This document shows, one piece after another, positions 24,900-38,109 of a DNA stretch of 64,000 nt (its first letter is position 1; each line of letters begins with the position of its first letter). Origin of the DNA: Octopus bimaculoides (Eukaryota); assembly GCF_001194135.2 (NCBI RefSeq), contig NC_068999.1, forward strand, positions 31,141,719 to 31,205,718. Direction: 5' to 3'. The notes under the pieces are model-generated. The model saw only the letters and a list, made by a program, of their open reading frames with translations, searched no databases and was not told where the DNA came from. A program made the position numbers and the translations under genes.

Positions 24900-25960
24900 T
24901 CAGGAGGTAGATCTGGGTGTATCTATACCAACGAACACAATTTTCTGGAGTGATAGCGTCGATGTTACGCCTTGTGACCACTTGTATGACATATGCTTGC
25001 CATTCTTCCATGGTCATGTTGGCTTCTTCTGCAGCTGCCGGACCCTTTGCTGCAACTCAGCTCAGGTGAGGTCCTGCTTGACAGCCGCCTTAGAGCCTGG
25101 ATGCTCCATTTCCGTACAGTTAAGAAACGGCGAGCAGGGAGGTAGGAGTTTCACATTGACCTGTGGGTCGGCATCAGCTGGAAACTCGCATAAACATGTG
25201 GCCGCGTGTTGTCGTAGATCAAGAAGATGGATTCATCTGCTGGGAACATGTCGGCACATGCTCGAACTGTTTCCACAAAGAACTCCTCGAAAGAGTTTCG
25301 TGTAACGTTATCATTCGCAATGGAATGGTGAACAAGGCCGATTGCTTCCAACACCGCGAAAATGACATTGTCGTTTTTCCCGTGCTGACGGTTGACAACT
25401 CGGCGAACAGGAACGTCTCAAAGGGCTAGTCCAAAAGACCGCCTGGTCCAATTGTTGTACCAACATTCATCAATGAATAAGCAATGGCCAAGGATTTCCT
25501 CTTCAATGAATCAATGCACGTATTCATAACGCTTTTCCAGAGTTCTTGGGGCATTTCTTCTATGTGAGATTTCTTTGGCCAACTTCATAGTTAACAACAT
25601 CCAATCTAGAGCCCATGAGATTGCCGACACGGAAACAGGCAGCTTTCAGAGCAATACTGCCTCTAAGTCTCTCTTCATCTGCTGAAGGACTGCAAGTGGG
25701 TTGGCATCAATAATCACCTGAAGCCTGGGTCTCATTTCCTCATCAATCTTAATGTGTTGGGCACCTCCTCTGAGCAACTTGTGGTGCCTCCCAGATCGTA
25801 AGTAGGTCACTGCTATGGATCGGGAAGTACTCTTCTTAATGCCAAATATGTCTGCCAGTTGTAGGTAATCAGTTTGATGCCCCTCGGAGGTGTCAATCAG
25901 CCTTGCCCTATCTTTGTCTGATATACGCATGTACCTTACGTGTGACTCCATGACTGCAAG
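24900..25960 (-). mobile_element. IS630-like Tc1/mariner (ITm) DDE transposase remnant
   Basis: N-terminal HTH ..LADIFGIKKSTSRSI..RGG, CLFIDECWYN, FLIYDNTRPH, LLPPCSPFLNCTE; D-to-E spacing about 33-34 across a frameshift. Confidence 0.85.
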
Positions 25961-26109
25961 TCGGTGTAAGAGAAAGGGATATAAAATGCAACTGATACTG
26001 ACTGGTTACAAATGTTGCAATAGACTAGTTTATCAAATCTTTGTATATACAAAGACTTGATAAAACTAGTCTATAAATTAAAACTGAGCCCATAAAACAG
26101 TGACAAGCA

Positions 26110-26390
26110 AAATCTGCAACAAGTCTTTCTTCCTGATACTTTTGTAGCTTCTAAGCTGAAATGAAGACAGCATGTTCTCTGTCTATCTCCTTACCTTCTT
26201 GAAGATTTTAGGCAAAATTATACTAATATGTCCATCTGTTTTAATTTAATTAAATTGTATGACTTTCTGCAGCTGAGGATTGTTCTGCATTTAAATTGAT
26301 GTAATAATTGCATAGTTGAATTAAATGGAGTTGCTTGAAACGATCGTACAGCATTACCTCTGGATATCATTGTTGCTTATTTTGATATGT
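26110..26390 (+). mobile_element. Penelope-like pseudo-LTR family copy
   Basis: Reverse complement of 45590-45860 and related to 57040-57316; contains a hammerhead motif. Confidence 0.65.
26268..26353 (+). ncRNA. Type I hammerhead motif with palindromic stem III
   Basis: tgcag-CTGAGGA(26273-79)-57 nt-GAAAC GATC GTA|cagca; ACGATCGT is a perfect palindrome; one mismatch in stem I. Confidence 0.6.
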
Positions 26391-27338
26391 ATATATATAT
26401 ATATATATGCAAGAAGAACATGGAGGAAAAATAATAGGAAGTTGGTTGTTTGCACCAGTAAGCCATTAATATAATTAATTAATTAATAAAAGTGGTAGTA
26501 ACTCCTTTATTATTACCTATATATATATATATATATATATNNNNNNNNNNNNNNNNNNNNNNNNNNNNNNNNNNNNNNNNNNNNNNNNNNNNNNNNNNNN
26601 NNNNNNNNNNNNNNNNNNNNNNNNNNNNNNNNNNNNNNNNNNNNNNNNNNNNNNNNNNNNNNNNNNNNNNNNNNNNNNNNNNNNNNNNNNNNNNNNNNNN
26701 NNNNNNNNNNNNNNNNNNNNNNNNNNNNNNNNNNNNNNNNNNNNNNNNNNNNNNNNNNNNNNNNNNNNNNNNNNNNNNNNNNNNNNNNNNNNNNNNNNNN
26801 NNNNNNNNNNNNNNNNNNNNNNNNNNNNNNNNNNNNNNNNNNNNNNNNNNNNNNNNNNNNNNNNNNNNNNNNNNNNNNNNNNNNNNNNNNNNNNNNNNNN
26901 NNNNNNNNNNNNNNNNNNNNNNNNNNNNNNNNNNNNNNNNNNNNNNNNNNNNNNNNNNNNNNNNNNNNNNNNNNNNNNNNNNNNNNNNNNNNNNNNNNNN
27001 NNNNNNNNNNNNNNNNNNNNNNNNNNNNNNNNNNNNNNNNNNNNNNNNNNNNNNNNNNNNNNNNNNNNNNNNNNNNNNNNNNNNNNNNNNNNNNNNNNNN
27101 NNNNNNNNNNNNNNNNNNNNNNNNNNNNNNNNNNNNNNNNNNNNNNNNNNNNNNNNNNNNNNNNNNNNNNNNNNNNNNNNNNNNNNNNNNNNNNNNNNNN
27201 NNNNNNNNNNNNNNNNNNNNNNNNNNNNNNNNNNNNNNNNNNNNNNNNNNNNNNNNNNNNNNNNNNNNNNNNNNNNNNNNNNNNNNNNNNNNNNNNNNNN
27301 NNNNNNNNNNNNNNNNNNNNNNNNNNNNNNNNNNNNNN

Positions 27339-27435
27339 TCTTCTTCTTCTTCTTCTTCTTCTTCTTCTTCTTCTTCTTCTTCTTCTTCTTCTTCTTCTTC
27401 TTCTTCTTCTTCTTCTTCTTCTCCATCAGCATCAA

Positions 27436-27466
<31 letters not shown>

Positions 27467-27467
27467 T
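27339..27467. repeat. (TTC)n followed by (ATC)n trinucleotide microsatellite
   Basis: Direct reading; source of the poly-E/K/F/D pseudo-ORFs. Confidence 0.95.
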
Positions 27468-27615
27468 AACACCAGGCTTCAAAGCTGGCATAGGTTGGAT
27501 ACACATCAATGCTAGATGTGGGAGGGTACCATAGAAGTAGAAAGAAAACAGAGCAGAATTTGAATATTGTAAAACCATCATTATCTGTATATATACATAT
27601 ACATACACATACACG

Positions 27616-27652
<37 letters not shown>

Positions 27653-27662
27653 NNNNNNNNNN

Positions 27663-27700
<38 letters not shown>

Positions 27701-27875
27701 TTATATATGTATGTATATATGTATCAGAAAGAAGAATTAGCTTTACAAAAGCAATAGAAGCTTTGTTGTAAAAGTATAAATGATATCATCTACAAAATAT
27801 TCTATATTCAATATTGAGTTCTTTTATGATTGTAGACTAACAAGATAACCAGGTTCAAATCTTCCATATATAATA

Positions 27876-28885
27876 TAAGGGCTTCTCACTCAGAGTAAAA
27901 GGCAGACTCTATGATGCATGTGTACGAACAGCCATGCTACATGGCAGTGAAACATGGGCTGTGACATGCGTAAGCTCGCAAGGAATGAAGCCAGTATGCT
28001 CTGATGGATATGTAATGTCAGTGTGCATACTCAACAGAGTGTAAGTACCTTGAGAGAAAAGTTGAACCTAAGAAGCATCAGTTGTGTTGTGCAAGAGAGA
28101 CGATTGCGCTGGTATGGACATGTGGCGAGAATGGATGAGGATAGCGGCGTGAAAAAGTGCCACAGCCTAGCAGTTGAGGGAACCTGTGGAAGAGGTAGAC
28201 TCACGAAGATCTGGGATGAGGTGGTGAAGCACAACCTTCAAACATTAGGCCTCACCGAGGCAATGACTAGTGACCGAGACCTTTGGAAATATGCTGTGTG
28301 TGAGAAGACCCAGCAAGCCAAGTGAGACCATAACTCGTGGCCTTTACCAGGGGTGTAGCCAGCCCACTTATGTGTACCTTTCCTTCTTTGGACACAGAAC
28401 CCTGCTTGCGAAGACCTGTTGAGGCAAGTGAAATCGAAATCAAAATTGAACCAAATTCGATGACTGGCACCCATGCCAGTGGAGCGCTGACAGCACCATC
28501 TGAGCAGGATCACTGCCAGAGCAGCGGTCTCGCTTCCATGCCAGTGGCATGTAAAAAGCACCATTTGAGTGCGATCGTTTCCAGCTTCACCTTACTGGCA
28601 CTTGTGCCGGTGGCATGTGAACAAAACATTGGATTGACTCCTGTGCAGGTGGCATGTAAAAAACACCATTTGAGCATGGCCGTTGCCAGTACCGCTGGAC
28701 TGGCCCTCATGCCGGTGGCACGTAAAAAGCACCCACTATACTCTCGGAGTGGTTGGCGTTAGGAAGGGCATCCAGCTGTAGAAACTGCCAGATCAGATTG
28801 GAGTCTGGTGTAGCCATCTCATTCGCCAGTCCCCAGTCAAATCGTCGAACCCATGCTAGCATGGAAAGCGGACGTTAAATGATGA
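27876..28885 (+). mobile_element. RTE LINE 3' fragment with complete 3' UTR
   Basis: KGFSLRVKGRLYDACVRTAMLHGSETW..RLRWYGHVARMDEDS..GRGR, modular UTR, gcggacgttaaatgatgaggatg. Confidence 0.92.
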
Positions 28886-28949
28886 GGATGATTATAATAT
28901 ATCACAACATGCACTATACGTATGTTATATATATGATAACCATCCATCC

Positions 28950-29330
28950 GTTCATCCATCATCTCTTCCCACTATTACTGGGAGTGTTGTGGAGCAGAGT
29001 ACTCAGGCACCTCCTCCACAGGGTCCTGTCAGAAGCAACTGTCATTACATCTTACAACTGGATTCCCAAGCATGACCAACTGAGATTATAGATATTATCC
29101 AACCATCTCTATTCTTAGGTCCCCTGCTAGCTGGCTTGGCTTGAAGAATCTATCTTGCAATTCTTTCCTATGACATTCTAATTACATGTCCATAGTACCA
29201 GAGCTGTGACCTCTCAATGTAGTGAGGTAGTGACTTGACCTGGAGAGACTCATTGATCTCTGAGCTATGCACCCTGCCATGTTCTATTACTCCAGAGACC
29301 TTTTGGCAGAACCCCATTTTGGCTGCTCGA
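28950..29330 (-). mobile_element. Second RTE-clade family, C-terminal remnant
   Basis: MGFCQKVSGV..GRVHSSEINESLQVKSL..YIERSQLWYYGHVIRM. Confidence 0.7.
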
Positions 29331-29394
29331 ATATGATAATATGAATGAAAATATATGATAACATATGGCATGAAAATAGCATCATTTGAATGTG

Positions 29395-29728
29395 ATTGTT
29401 ACAAGCGTCGCCTTACTGGCACTTGTGCCGGTGGCATGTTAGAAAACATCCAAGCGAGGTCATTGCCAGTGCTGCTGAACTAGCTCCTGTGCAGATGGCA
29501 CGTAAAAAACACCATTTTAAGAGTGGCCAGTACTACCGGACTGGCCCTCATGCTGGTGGCACATAAAAGTACCCACTACACTCTCGGAGTGGTTGGCGTT
29601 AGGAAGGGCATCCAGCTGTAGAAATTCTGCCAGATCAGATTGGAGCCTGGTGCAGCCATCCGGTTCGCCAGTCCTCAGTCAAATCGTCCAACCCATGCAA
29701 GCATGGAAAGCAGACGTTAAACGATGAT
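29395..29728 (+). mobile_element. Solo RTE 3' UTR (modules plus (GAT)n tail)
   Basis: ggtggcac.taaaa.gcacc modules, cactctcggagtggttggcgttaggaagggcatccagctgtagaa, gacgttaaacgatgatgat. Confidence 0.88.
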
Positions 29729-29745
29729 GATGATGATGATGATGA

Positions 29746-29789
<44 letters not shown>

Positions 29790-30180
29790 GGCTGTGTGGT
29801 AAGTAACTTGCTTACCAACCACATGGTTCCGGGTTCAGTCCCACTGAGTGACACCTTGGGCAAGTGTCTTCTACTATAGCCTAGAGTCGACCAAAGCCTT
29901 GTTAGTGGATTTGGTAGACGGAAACTGAAAGAAGCCCGTCGTATATATGTGTATATGTATGTGTGTGTGTATGTTTGTGTGTCTGAGTTTGTCTCCCCAA
30001 CATCGCTTGATAACCGATTCTAGTGTGTTTACGTCCCCGTAACTTAGCGGTTCGGTAAAACATACCGATAGAATAAGTACTAGGCTTACAACGAATAAGT
30101 CCTGGGGTCAATTTGCTCGACTAAAGGTGGTGCTCCAGCATGGCCACAGTCAAATGACTGAAACAAGTAAAAGAGTAAAA
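29790..30180 (+). mobile_element. Complete bipartite tRNA-derived SINE
   Basis: ggctgtgtgg (A box), ggttccgggttcagtccc (B box), CORE-like caccttgggcaagtgtctt, (TA/TG)n linker, tail ending aaacaagtaaaagag. Confidence 0.9.
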
Positions 30181-31456
30181 AAGTATTATTCGGTATCCAT
30201 GATAAACTAAGATGGGATAGTCGCAAGTGGAACATATTTGGCCATATATATTGACTCTATGAAGGATAACAAGTGAGCTAGACAACAACAGGGTTGATGC
30301 TTGTCATGTAAGTGTTGTGCAAGGTAAGAGAAGGTTAAGGGGGTTGGGTGGATGCTATACTCAGTAAATACTCTACCTCCAGCAGCAATCATCTTAACAA
30401 AGGGATATATAGTGGAGTAAATTAGGTAATAATCATTGTTTATTCCTATGTCAATCCTGATCCAGAAGGTCTTTGACCAAAGACATTCCAGCCATTACCA
30501 TCATATCTCTTCCCAGATATCTAATGTGTTTTTCCCATTTTTTGAAACAGCAGGGTATGATTTGAATATTTTTTTTTGCAGATAGAAGTTTTCTTGATGA
30601 AACCAGAGAGGTGGTAGAGTAGTTGAGAACTCAGCAGAGCAACGAATGTCATGACTACTCCTGCAGTCTCTACATTATGTTCTTCAGCTAGGATTGATAG
30701 ATTGACTGATACTAGGAATTCCACCTTCACAACTGATGACATCAGTATCATCACCAACAAGTGGGATACACCAGTAGGTATAGAGGTGATGGCCATGTTA
30801 GAGGAAATGAAGTCAACTTGTCAGTTATGAGACAGGTGTGCAGAGGAGCAGACTGAATTTGTAACTTGCAGAAAATGAGAAAATTGGATGACTATAAGCA
30901 TCTAACTTCTTCCTGGTGAGGGATGAACTCTTGGGTTTAGATTAAGGGTAAGTTTCATGAGTTTTGGTTAAGGTTGAGGCAGATACAGAAGCAAATGACA
31001 AAAATAGAAGTTTCAAAAGTTTCCCTTTGAAACTTTGAATCACTATTAAGATAGACAAATACTACATGTAGAGGACAGTTAGGTATTGGTGAGGGACAAT
31101 TAGCTGCAGCTCTTGATTATTTCTATATATGAAGTAGGGTCCTAATTATACACAGGTGATGTAATAGCACAGTAGGATAGGGCTAAAAAATCCAAGAAGT
31201 AAGCCTGGATGGTGTGTAGAAAAGGAGGTAGGAGGGCGATACATTATATGAAGAAGTTATGTAACAGACAAGCTTTCAGGTGTATGTAGTTAGGTCATAT
31301 ATACTCAATAAAAAAGGTACAAGGGTGTGCATATCTTCCAGGTGTATCTATCTAGGTATTTAGCCTGGTGTTTGTAATCAGAAAAATCTGTATCTAGATT
31401 ACAGGTGTGTGTTTCTACTTGATGTATCTAGTCAAGTGATATATATATATATACAT

Positions 31457-31960
31457 AGTCTGATCAATAAGTATCCAGGTTGTCGCTATAGTAGCGAAGC
31501 TAAAGCACACAGAATGAAGCTGCTTGGCATATATTGACCTTGAACTCTGCTGAGCATGTACACTAAGTTTTAATGTTCTAGCTCACTTCTACTGTTTACA
31601 GCGGTGCTTAAAAGGAAAGTGTATAGCGTGTGATTGTCGCATTGACCATGACAAAGAAAGCTGAGCAGAGAATCTGCATCAAATTTTGCTAAAAGCTTGG
31701 CAATACCTGCTGAGAGACCAACGCAAATTTTTCAAAAAGTTTTCATCATTCTCAACACAATCAAGGGGATCTTGTACAGCTGAAACCTGAGTGTCTTTTT
31801 GGTCAGCTGAAAGTAGTTTTGGCACAAACTTGGCAGACATGTGTCTCATACCCAAAGCTTCAGTGATGATGAACTGAATTGAACTGTAACGAATCTGCAC
31901 ATTCTCTGATAACTCACGTGATTCGACAATTTCCCCTCACATCTGCAATGTTTTTCTCAG
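31457..31960. mobile_element. Rearranged mariner fragment with internal inversion
   Basis: Plus strand: TIR gtctgatcaataagtatcc and MTKKAEQRICIKFC.KLGNT. Then minus strand: IITEALGMRHMSAKFVPKLLSADQK..NDENFLKN. Confidence 0.75.
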
Positions 31961-31974
31961 TTCTGCTGGTGCTG

Positions 31975-32090
31975 GTGTAAGTACTTGGCTTACAAAGAAC
32001 AAGCCCTAGGGTTGATTTTTTTTTACCAAAGGCAGTGCTCCAGCATGACTGCAGTCAAATGACTGAAACAAGTGAAAGAATAAAAGAATA
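31975..32090 (+). mobile_element. SINE tail fragment
   Basis: taagtacttggcttacaaagaacaagccctagggttgat..ggcagtgctccagcatgactgcagtcaaatgactgaaacaag. Confidence 0.8.
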
Positions 32091-32159
32091 TATAGACAGA
32101 CAGATAGATAGAAAGATAGATAGCTATACATATAGTCAGACAGATTTCATTCTCACTAG

Positions 32160-35015
32160 ACAGCGGGATGCATGATTGCTCTTAAATGCAAAGACTCCCT
32201 GGTGAAGAATGTACCTCCCAGCACAGACTAGTCATTAGCGACTTTATACTCCAGGCCAGAACGATGCCAAGAAGCAGACCAATCTGGAAAAGAAGGATCT
32301 GGAGGCTTAACGACCCTTCATATGGTCAGAGATTTAGAAACATTCTAATTGAGAAATTTGATGTTAGGGAGGAGCAGCTACAAACTTGTGACATAGAGGG
32401 CAACTGGGAATTCTTGTGAGACAGCTTGTTGAGTGCCACAAATGAAATCTTTGGCTGGTGCAAAGTCCCTTCCAGACCCAGGGTAACATGGTAGTGGAAC
32501 AATACTGTAGACAGGGCCATTAGAGCAAAGAAATAGGCCTGGAATAGTGGGGGAAGTAGGGAACTGTATCATATAGCCAGAAGGGAAGCTAGGAGACAAG
32601 TATATCTAGCCAAGAGAGAAGCAGAAAAGAAGTTTGCCTATGTTCAGCACTGTAAGGACCAATGAAATGAAGTATTTTGGATTGCAAGACAGTGTGTGAG
32701 AGAAAATTATGATGTCATAGGAGAGAAATGTGTTCGCATGGATGATGGTTTCCTTGCTTTTAATGGGTCTGCAATGAAAGAGGCCTGGAAATGCCATTAT
32801 GAAAGACTGCTGAACATGGAGAATGAATGGGAGAAGGAGAGTCTGCCAAATGTTGACCCAACTGAGAGACCAACTATCCAAATTGACAGTACCCTGGCAG
32901 ATAAAATAATTAGGGATATGAAGACAGGGAAAGCTCTCAGCCCATCAGGAATCACTGATGAGATGTTTAAAATATCTGGTAGTGTGGGTTATGGTCTGGT
33001 CACCCATATTGTAAATAAGGTGGTTCATGACGGAGTCATACCCAATGACTGGTGTAGCAGCACCATAGTCAACTGCTACAAAAGTAAAGGTGATGTCTTA
33101 GAAATAATTACAGAAGTATCAAATTGTTGGATCAAGTATTGAAAGTTGCAGAGAGCATTATAGCCTAATTAATTAGGGAGAGAGTTAGTCTAGATGAGAT
33201 ACAATTTGGCTTTGTGCTTGGTAGAAGTACCACTGATGCTATATTTCTGGTAAGGCAACTTCAGGAGAAATATCTAGCCAAAGATAAACTTCTGTACTTG
33301 GCTTTTGTTGACTTGGAGAAAGCAGAATCATCTGATCCTTTATCTGGTGGTCAATGCAGAAACTAGGGATAGACAAGAGAGCTGTACAAGCCCTGTACAG
33401 GGATGCTACCAGTAAAGTGAAGGTGGGCAATGAGTACAGCGAAAAATTCCAGGTAAAGGTAGGGATTCACCAAGGGTTGGCGCTCATCCCCCTCTTGTTC
33501 ATCATAGTCCTCAAGGCAATAATGGAGGAATTCAAGACAGGATGGCCCTGGGAGCTCCTCAATGCTGATGACATTGCTCTTATAGCTGAATCACTATCTG
33601 AGCTAGAGAAGGAGTTCGAGGTATGAATCAAAGTCTAGAATCAAAAGCCTTAGAGTTAACCTAGCATAAACCAAAATCATAGTAAGTAGGAAGGCAGACA
33701 AATCATAAATCCCTTCAGGTAGATGGCCCTGCTCAATCTGTAGAAAAGGCGAAGGTAGAAACTCCAAAAGATGCACCCAGTATAAGCTTTGTGCACACAA
33801 AAGGTGCAGCAACATCAAAGGAAGGTTAACAGAGAAACTAACTTTTGTATGTGGAAGGTGCACAGGCATGATAAACGCTGAATATATGCAGAAAATAGAC
33901 TCCATCAACTGCCAGGTGGGCAAGCTAGAGATAGTAGATAGCTTCTAATAACTAGGCAACTGGGTTAGTAGTGGAGATGGTTGTTCTGAGAGCGTAGCTG
34001 TGAGAATAAGATTACGCTGGGCACAATTCAGAGAGCTGCTACCCCTGCTGGCAACAAAGGGCCTCTCTCTCAGAGTGAAAGGCAGATTGTTTGATGCCTG
34101 TGTGTGAACAGCTATGCTGCATGGCAGTAAAACATGAACTATGACAGCTGAGGACATGCAAAGGCTTGAGAGAAATGAAGCCAGTATGCTTCGCTGGATG
34201 TGCATTGTCAGTGTGCATGTTCAACAGAGTGTAAGCATCTTGAGAGAAAAGTTAAGCATAAGAGGAATCAGATATGGTGTGCAAGAGAGACGACTGCACT
34301 TGTATGGTCATGTGATGCATATGGATAAAGACAGTTATGTAAAGAAGTGCCAATCTCTAACTGTGGAAGGGACCTGTGGTAGAGGTAGACCCAGCCAAAC
34401 ATGGGTTGAGGCGATGAAGCATGACATTCGAATTGAACCTTACAGGGGCAATGACTAGTGACCGAGACCTTTGGCGATGTGCTCTGCTTAAGAGGACCAG
34501 TCAAGCTGGTGGTACATAAAAAAAAAAATCAACTTTGAACATCAGGCCTCACGGAGGGAAAGTGGCTGGGTTCCTTTTGAGTTTTGGGCCTCAAGGAGGC
34601 AAGGTGGCTGAGTTCCTTTCGAGCGGGCCTCATGAAGGCAAGATGGCTGAGTTCATTTTGAGTGTTGGGCCTCATGGAGGCAAAGTGGCCAAGCTCCTTT
34701 CAAGTGTTGGGCCTCACGGAGGCAATGACCAAGACCTTTAGCATTATGTCCTGCTTGAGAAGAAGACCCGTCAAACCAAGCAAAATCACAGTTGTGGCAG
34801 ATACCAGTGTCATGAAAATAGCACCTGTGCTGGTGACACGTAAAAGCACCCATTACACTCACAAAGTGGTTGACATTAGGAATGGCATCCAGCCATAGTA
34901 AATCATGCCAGATCAGACTGGATCCTGGTGCAGCCTTCCAGTGTGCCAGCCCAGTCAAACCAGTCCAACCCATCCAGTGTAGACAATGGATGCTAAATGA
35001 TGATGATGGTGGTGA
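32160..35015 (+). mobile_element. Long RTE LINE remnant (end of endonuclease, RT with PHD, 3' UTR)
   Basis: PGEECTSQHRLVISDF, WKCHYERLLNMENEW, IPNDWCSSTIVNCYKSKGD, GIHQGLAL.PLLF, NADDIAL, WPCSICRKGEGRNSKRC at about 33724, EIVDSF.YLG-like, tail tgatgatgatgg. Confidence 0.93.
34543..34740 (+). repeat. Five tandem about 42-bp units inside the RTE 3' region
   Basis: ggcctca(c/t)ggaggcaa(a/g)gtggctgagttcctttcgagtgttg repeats, derived from the ORF-end ggcctcaccgaggcaatgac. Confidence 0.85.
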
Positions 35016-35549
35016 TATATATACATATATATATATACACCCACATACATATATATATATACATATATCATCATCATCATCATCATTATCATCACCTGTG
35101 TTTTACATCTGTTTTTCTATAATTCTATGATTGGGCAGAACTTTTTATGCTGTGTTAAGAGGTTGGATGCTCTTTCTGATGCCAGTAAAAGTGTCAGGAT
35201 AGGTAAACTGTAGCAATACAGTTTATCTACTCTAAAACCAGGACACACATACATATGTAATAATAGGAATAAATATTTTGAAAATGTAATAAGGATATTT
35301 TTCTGTGTAAAGTTTAACAAAATGAGCAATGAAGAAGACTTCATTCAGTTTCAGAGTGACATTGGAATATAATAAAATGTTTAAATTGCAATGAAACAAG
35401 AAAAATAAAGCATGGTGTGCATGTGCATGTGCGTGTGTGTGGGTGTGTGTGTGTGTGTGTGTGTGCGTGTGTGTGTGTAAAATATATATGTATGCTATAT
35501 ATACATATATTCTCTGACATGAACGTTGCACATGTTCATTTATATATAT

Positions 35550-35616
<67 letters not shown>

Positions 35617-36499
35617 AAGTTGTGCATACACAAACACATGCATTTGTACATACCTGCATACATACACAACACTAACACACACATACTCATATATATACAT
35701 AGTGACAGGCATTTTATGTGTATATATAAATAGTTATATACAGTTCTACTAAATATGAGCTGTACTTGATGTTGTGATAGATCTGCAGTCTTCCAGTCTA
35801 GCTGTAATGTTATTTTGTTCCAAGCTAAATACTTATAAAACTAAAAATCAGTTGAAATGCAGAAAGAAATACAGAATCCAAGAATGGTTGCTAAGACACT
35901 GGCAATGTCTTCTGACCATTTTATACAGCTAGAGACATAGCTGCAGTCTACATGGAAGCATACATTTATGCCTAAATTATTTGTCTTTTTTCAGATATTT
36001 CTTTACATTCAAATATCTTTTCTCTCAAATAACCCCAGGAAAATATTAAAATTGCTAGATAAAATAAACAAAGAAAAAAAGAAGAAAAAAAAGAAAGAAA
36101 ATGGGATGGAGAGCTAAAACAACTCACAACTTTTTATTTATACTGCAATATATAAAATAATTTTACTTGGAAGATTGACTGTACAGATTATAGATAAATG
36201 CTCTTACTATAATTAAACATTCTAGTACTGGAAAATAGAACTGGAAATTGTTATGACAGGTAAACTAATGCAACCTTGTCCAGGAGCAAAACACAGTGAA
36301 TGCAGTGTAGTTGGAACCCATAACCATATGTCAAAAGTCCAGTACCTTTATCTCATAGCCACTGTACCTTATGTTAGCAGAGAAATTAATAATTTTGATG
36401 AGGCTATGTTGATTGTATTGATTACAATGTATAGCTGGTATTTATCTTTGTTGACTCTAGAAGGATCAAAAGCAAAATTGATTTGGGTGAGATTTGAAA

Positions 36500-37400
36500 T
36501 CAAAACATAAAGGGAAACAATAAAATATCACAAAGTATCTTTTTCAGAGTGTTACTCCTGTAATTGACCAATTTATCTACCAATCTGCCAATTTTGCCAC
36601 TCACCAGGTTGTCTACCAATCTACCAATTCTGAGTTGGCAAATGATATTCTCTTAAAATGTCCTTTTAATTACTTTTGGTGGTATAATGGTAGCGTATAG
36701 CATATGAAAATAATGGCTATTTTGTTTAGCTGCTCATATGTTTGTCTCTTGTTCCATTATATGCTAAAGGCTATTAGTGCTTTTCTGTTTCAAAATGTTT
36801 TTTGCGAATTCTAGTAACGATGCCTTGCTCTAATGCTTATATGATATAATTTTTTAGAGTATCTATTAATTATGCTTTCTCTGGACGTGATGGTCTCCAG
36901 GGTTTCCTCTAGGTACAAATTGCATACCTGAAATGTTCTATTATATGAGGTTAGATATGATGAGGTTAGAAAATGATGTGGAGTGCCTTTTGTTTACATT
37001 GAAAAATGACATTAGATAGTTGCACAGATGATTTCTCATGATGTCTCTGGCACCACCAATGTACATATATTTCTGTGTACCTGTATTTTGTAAACCACAT
37101 TCTTTATCATGCAGCTGTTGTTAAACGTGCATTTCTTCTTTTGTCTGCAGTTACATGTTATGTGATCTTTTCTGGTTCTGTAAGTGAAGATATTACTGGT
37201 AGTCACATTTATTCTTCCTCCTGTAACTGTGTTCTCATTTTCCTTAGGTATGGACTGGACTGCCAAATGTGTAGCACTGTTCGGACCCGTTTTTGTCATT
37301 GATGGGCTTTTATTATTTCTATTTGCAACTGTTCCATCATTGTTTATATCATGAGCTGTGGTTTTTCCATAAACCCCTCAGTATTTTTCCTATACACACA
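36500..37400 (-). mobile_element. Penelope-like element remnant (GIY-YIG region)
   Basis: TCNCRQKKKCTFNNSCMIKNVVYKIQV matches the PLE CNC....C..C...NVVY motif preceding GIY-YIG. Confidence 0.75.
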
Positions 37401-37513
37401 AACACATGCACACACACATACACATATTGTGTGTATATATGTATAAATATATATAAAGAGAGAAAAGGATAAAGAGAACAATGGCAAAGTTAGAAATATA
37501 TTTTATGGATAAA

Positions 37514-37562
37514 GTCTTCCAGCTGTTTCAGGGAAAATCCAATGTATCCCTTCATCGGAGAT
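37514..37562 (-). ncRNA. Degenerate type I hammerhead
   Basis: Minus: atct-CCGATGA-AGGGA tacattggattt TCCCT-GAAAC AGCT G-GA|agac; U4C and U16.1G relative to the canonical core. Confidence 0.55.
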
Positions 37563-38109
37563 GGTAATAGTAGAGGAATAGATTATTACATCTATAAGAG
37601 GAGAGTTGTAGTAGGAAGTGAGAGTGATGCGCTGAAAAAAGAACAAAGAAGAAAAAGTACTTGGAGTGTAGCTTCATTCCAGTAGTAAACATCCATGTAA
37701 ATAATTCTTGTGGGTATTTTCCTTGTGGCTATTTTCCGGAGATAATTGTAGTAGCAAAACTAGCCGGAATACAGCACTTACTCGGTATTACCCATATCTT
37801 TGGGTTTGGTTGAATCCAATACCCTTCATTACCTTATAAATATATATATATATATATACATACATACATACATATATATACATCATATATATATATATAT
37901 ATATATATANNNNNNNNNNNNNNNNNNNNNNNNNNNNNNNNNNNNNNNNNNNNNNNNNNNNNNNNNNNNNNNNNNNNNNNNNNNNNNNNNNNNNNNNNNN
38001 NNNNNNNNNNNNNNNNNNNNNNNNNNNNNNNNNNNNNNNNNNNNNNNNNNNNNNNNNNNNNTATATATCATCAGCATCATCATATATATATATATATGTA
38101 TATATAAAA

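Noticed and set aside
30200-31250. Possible old CR1-like endonuclease on the minus strand
   Set aside because: Only faint similarity; no intact GDFN or SDH motif.
34535-34741. 14-aa repeat ORF (GPHGGKVA..) as a protein
   Set aside because: It is a 42-bp tandem expansion of RTE sequence; the open frame follows from the unit length.
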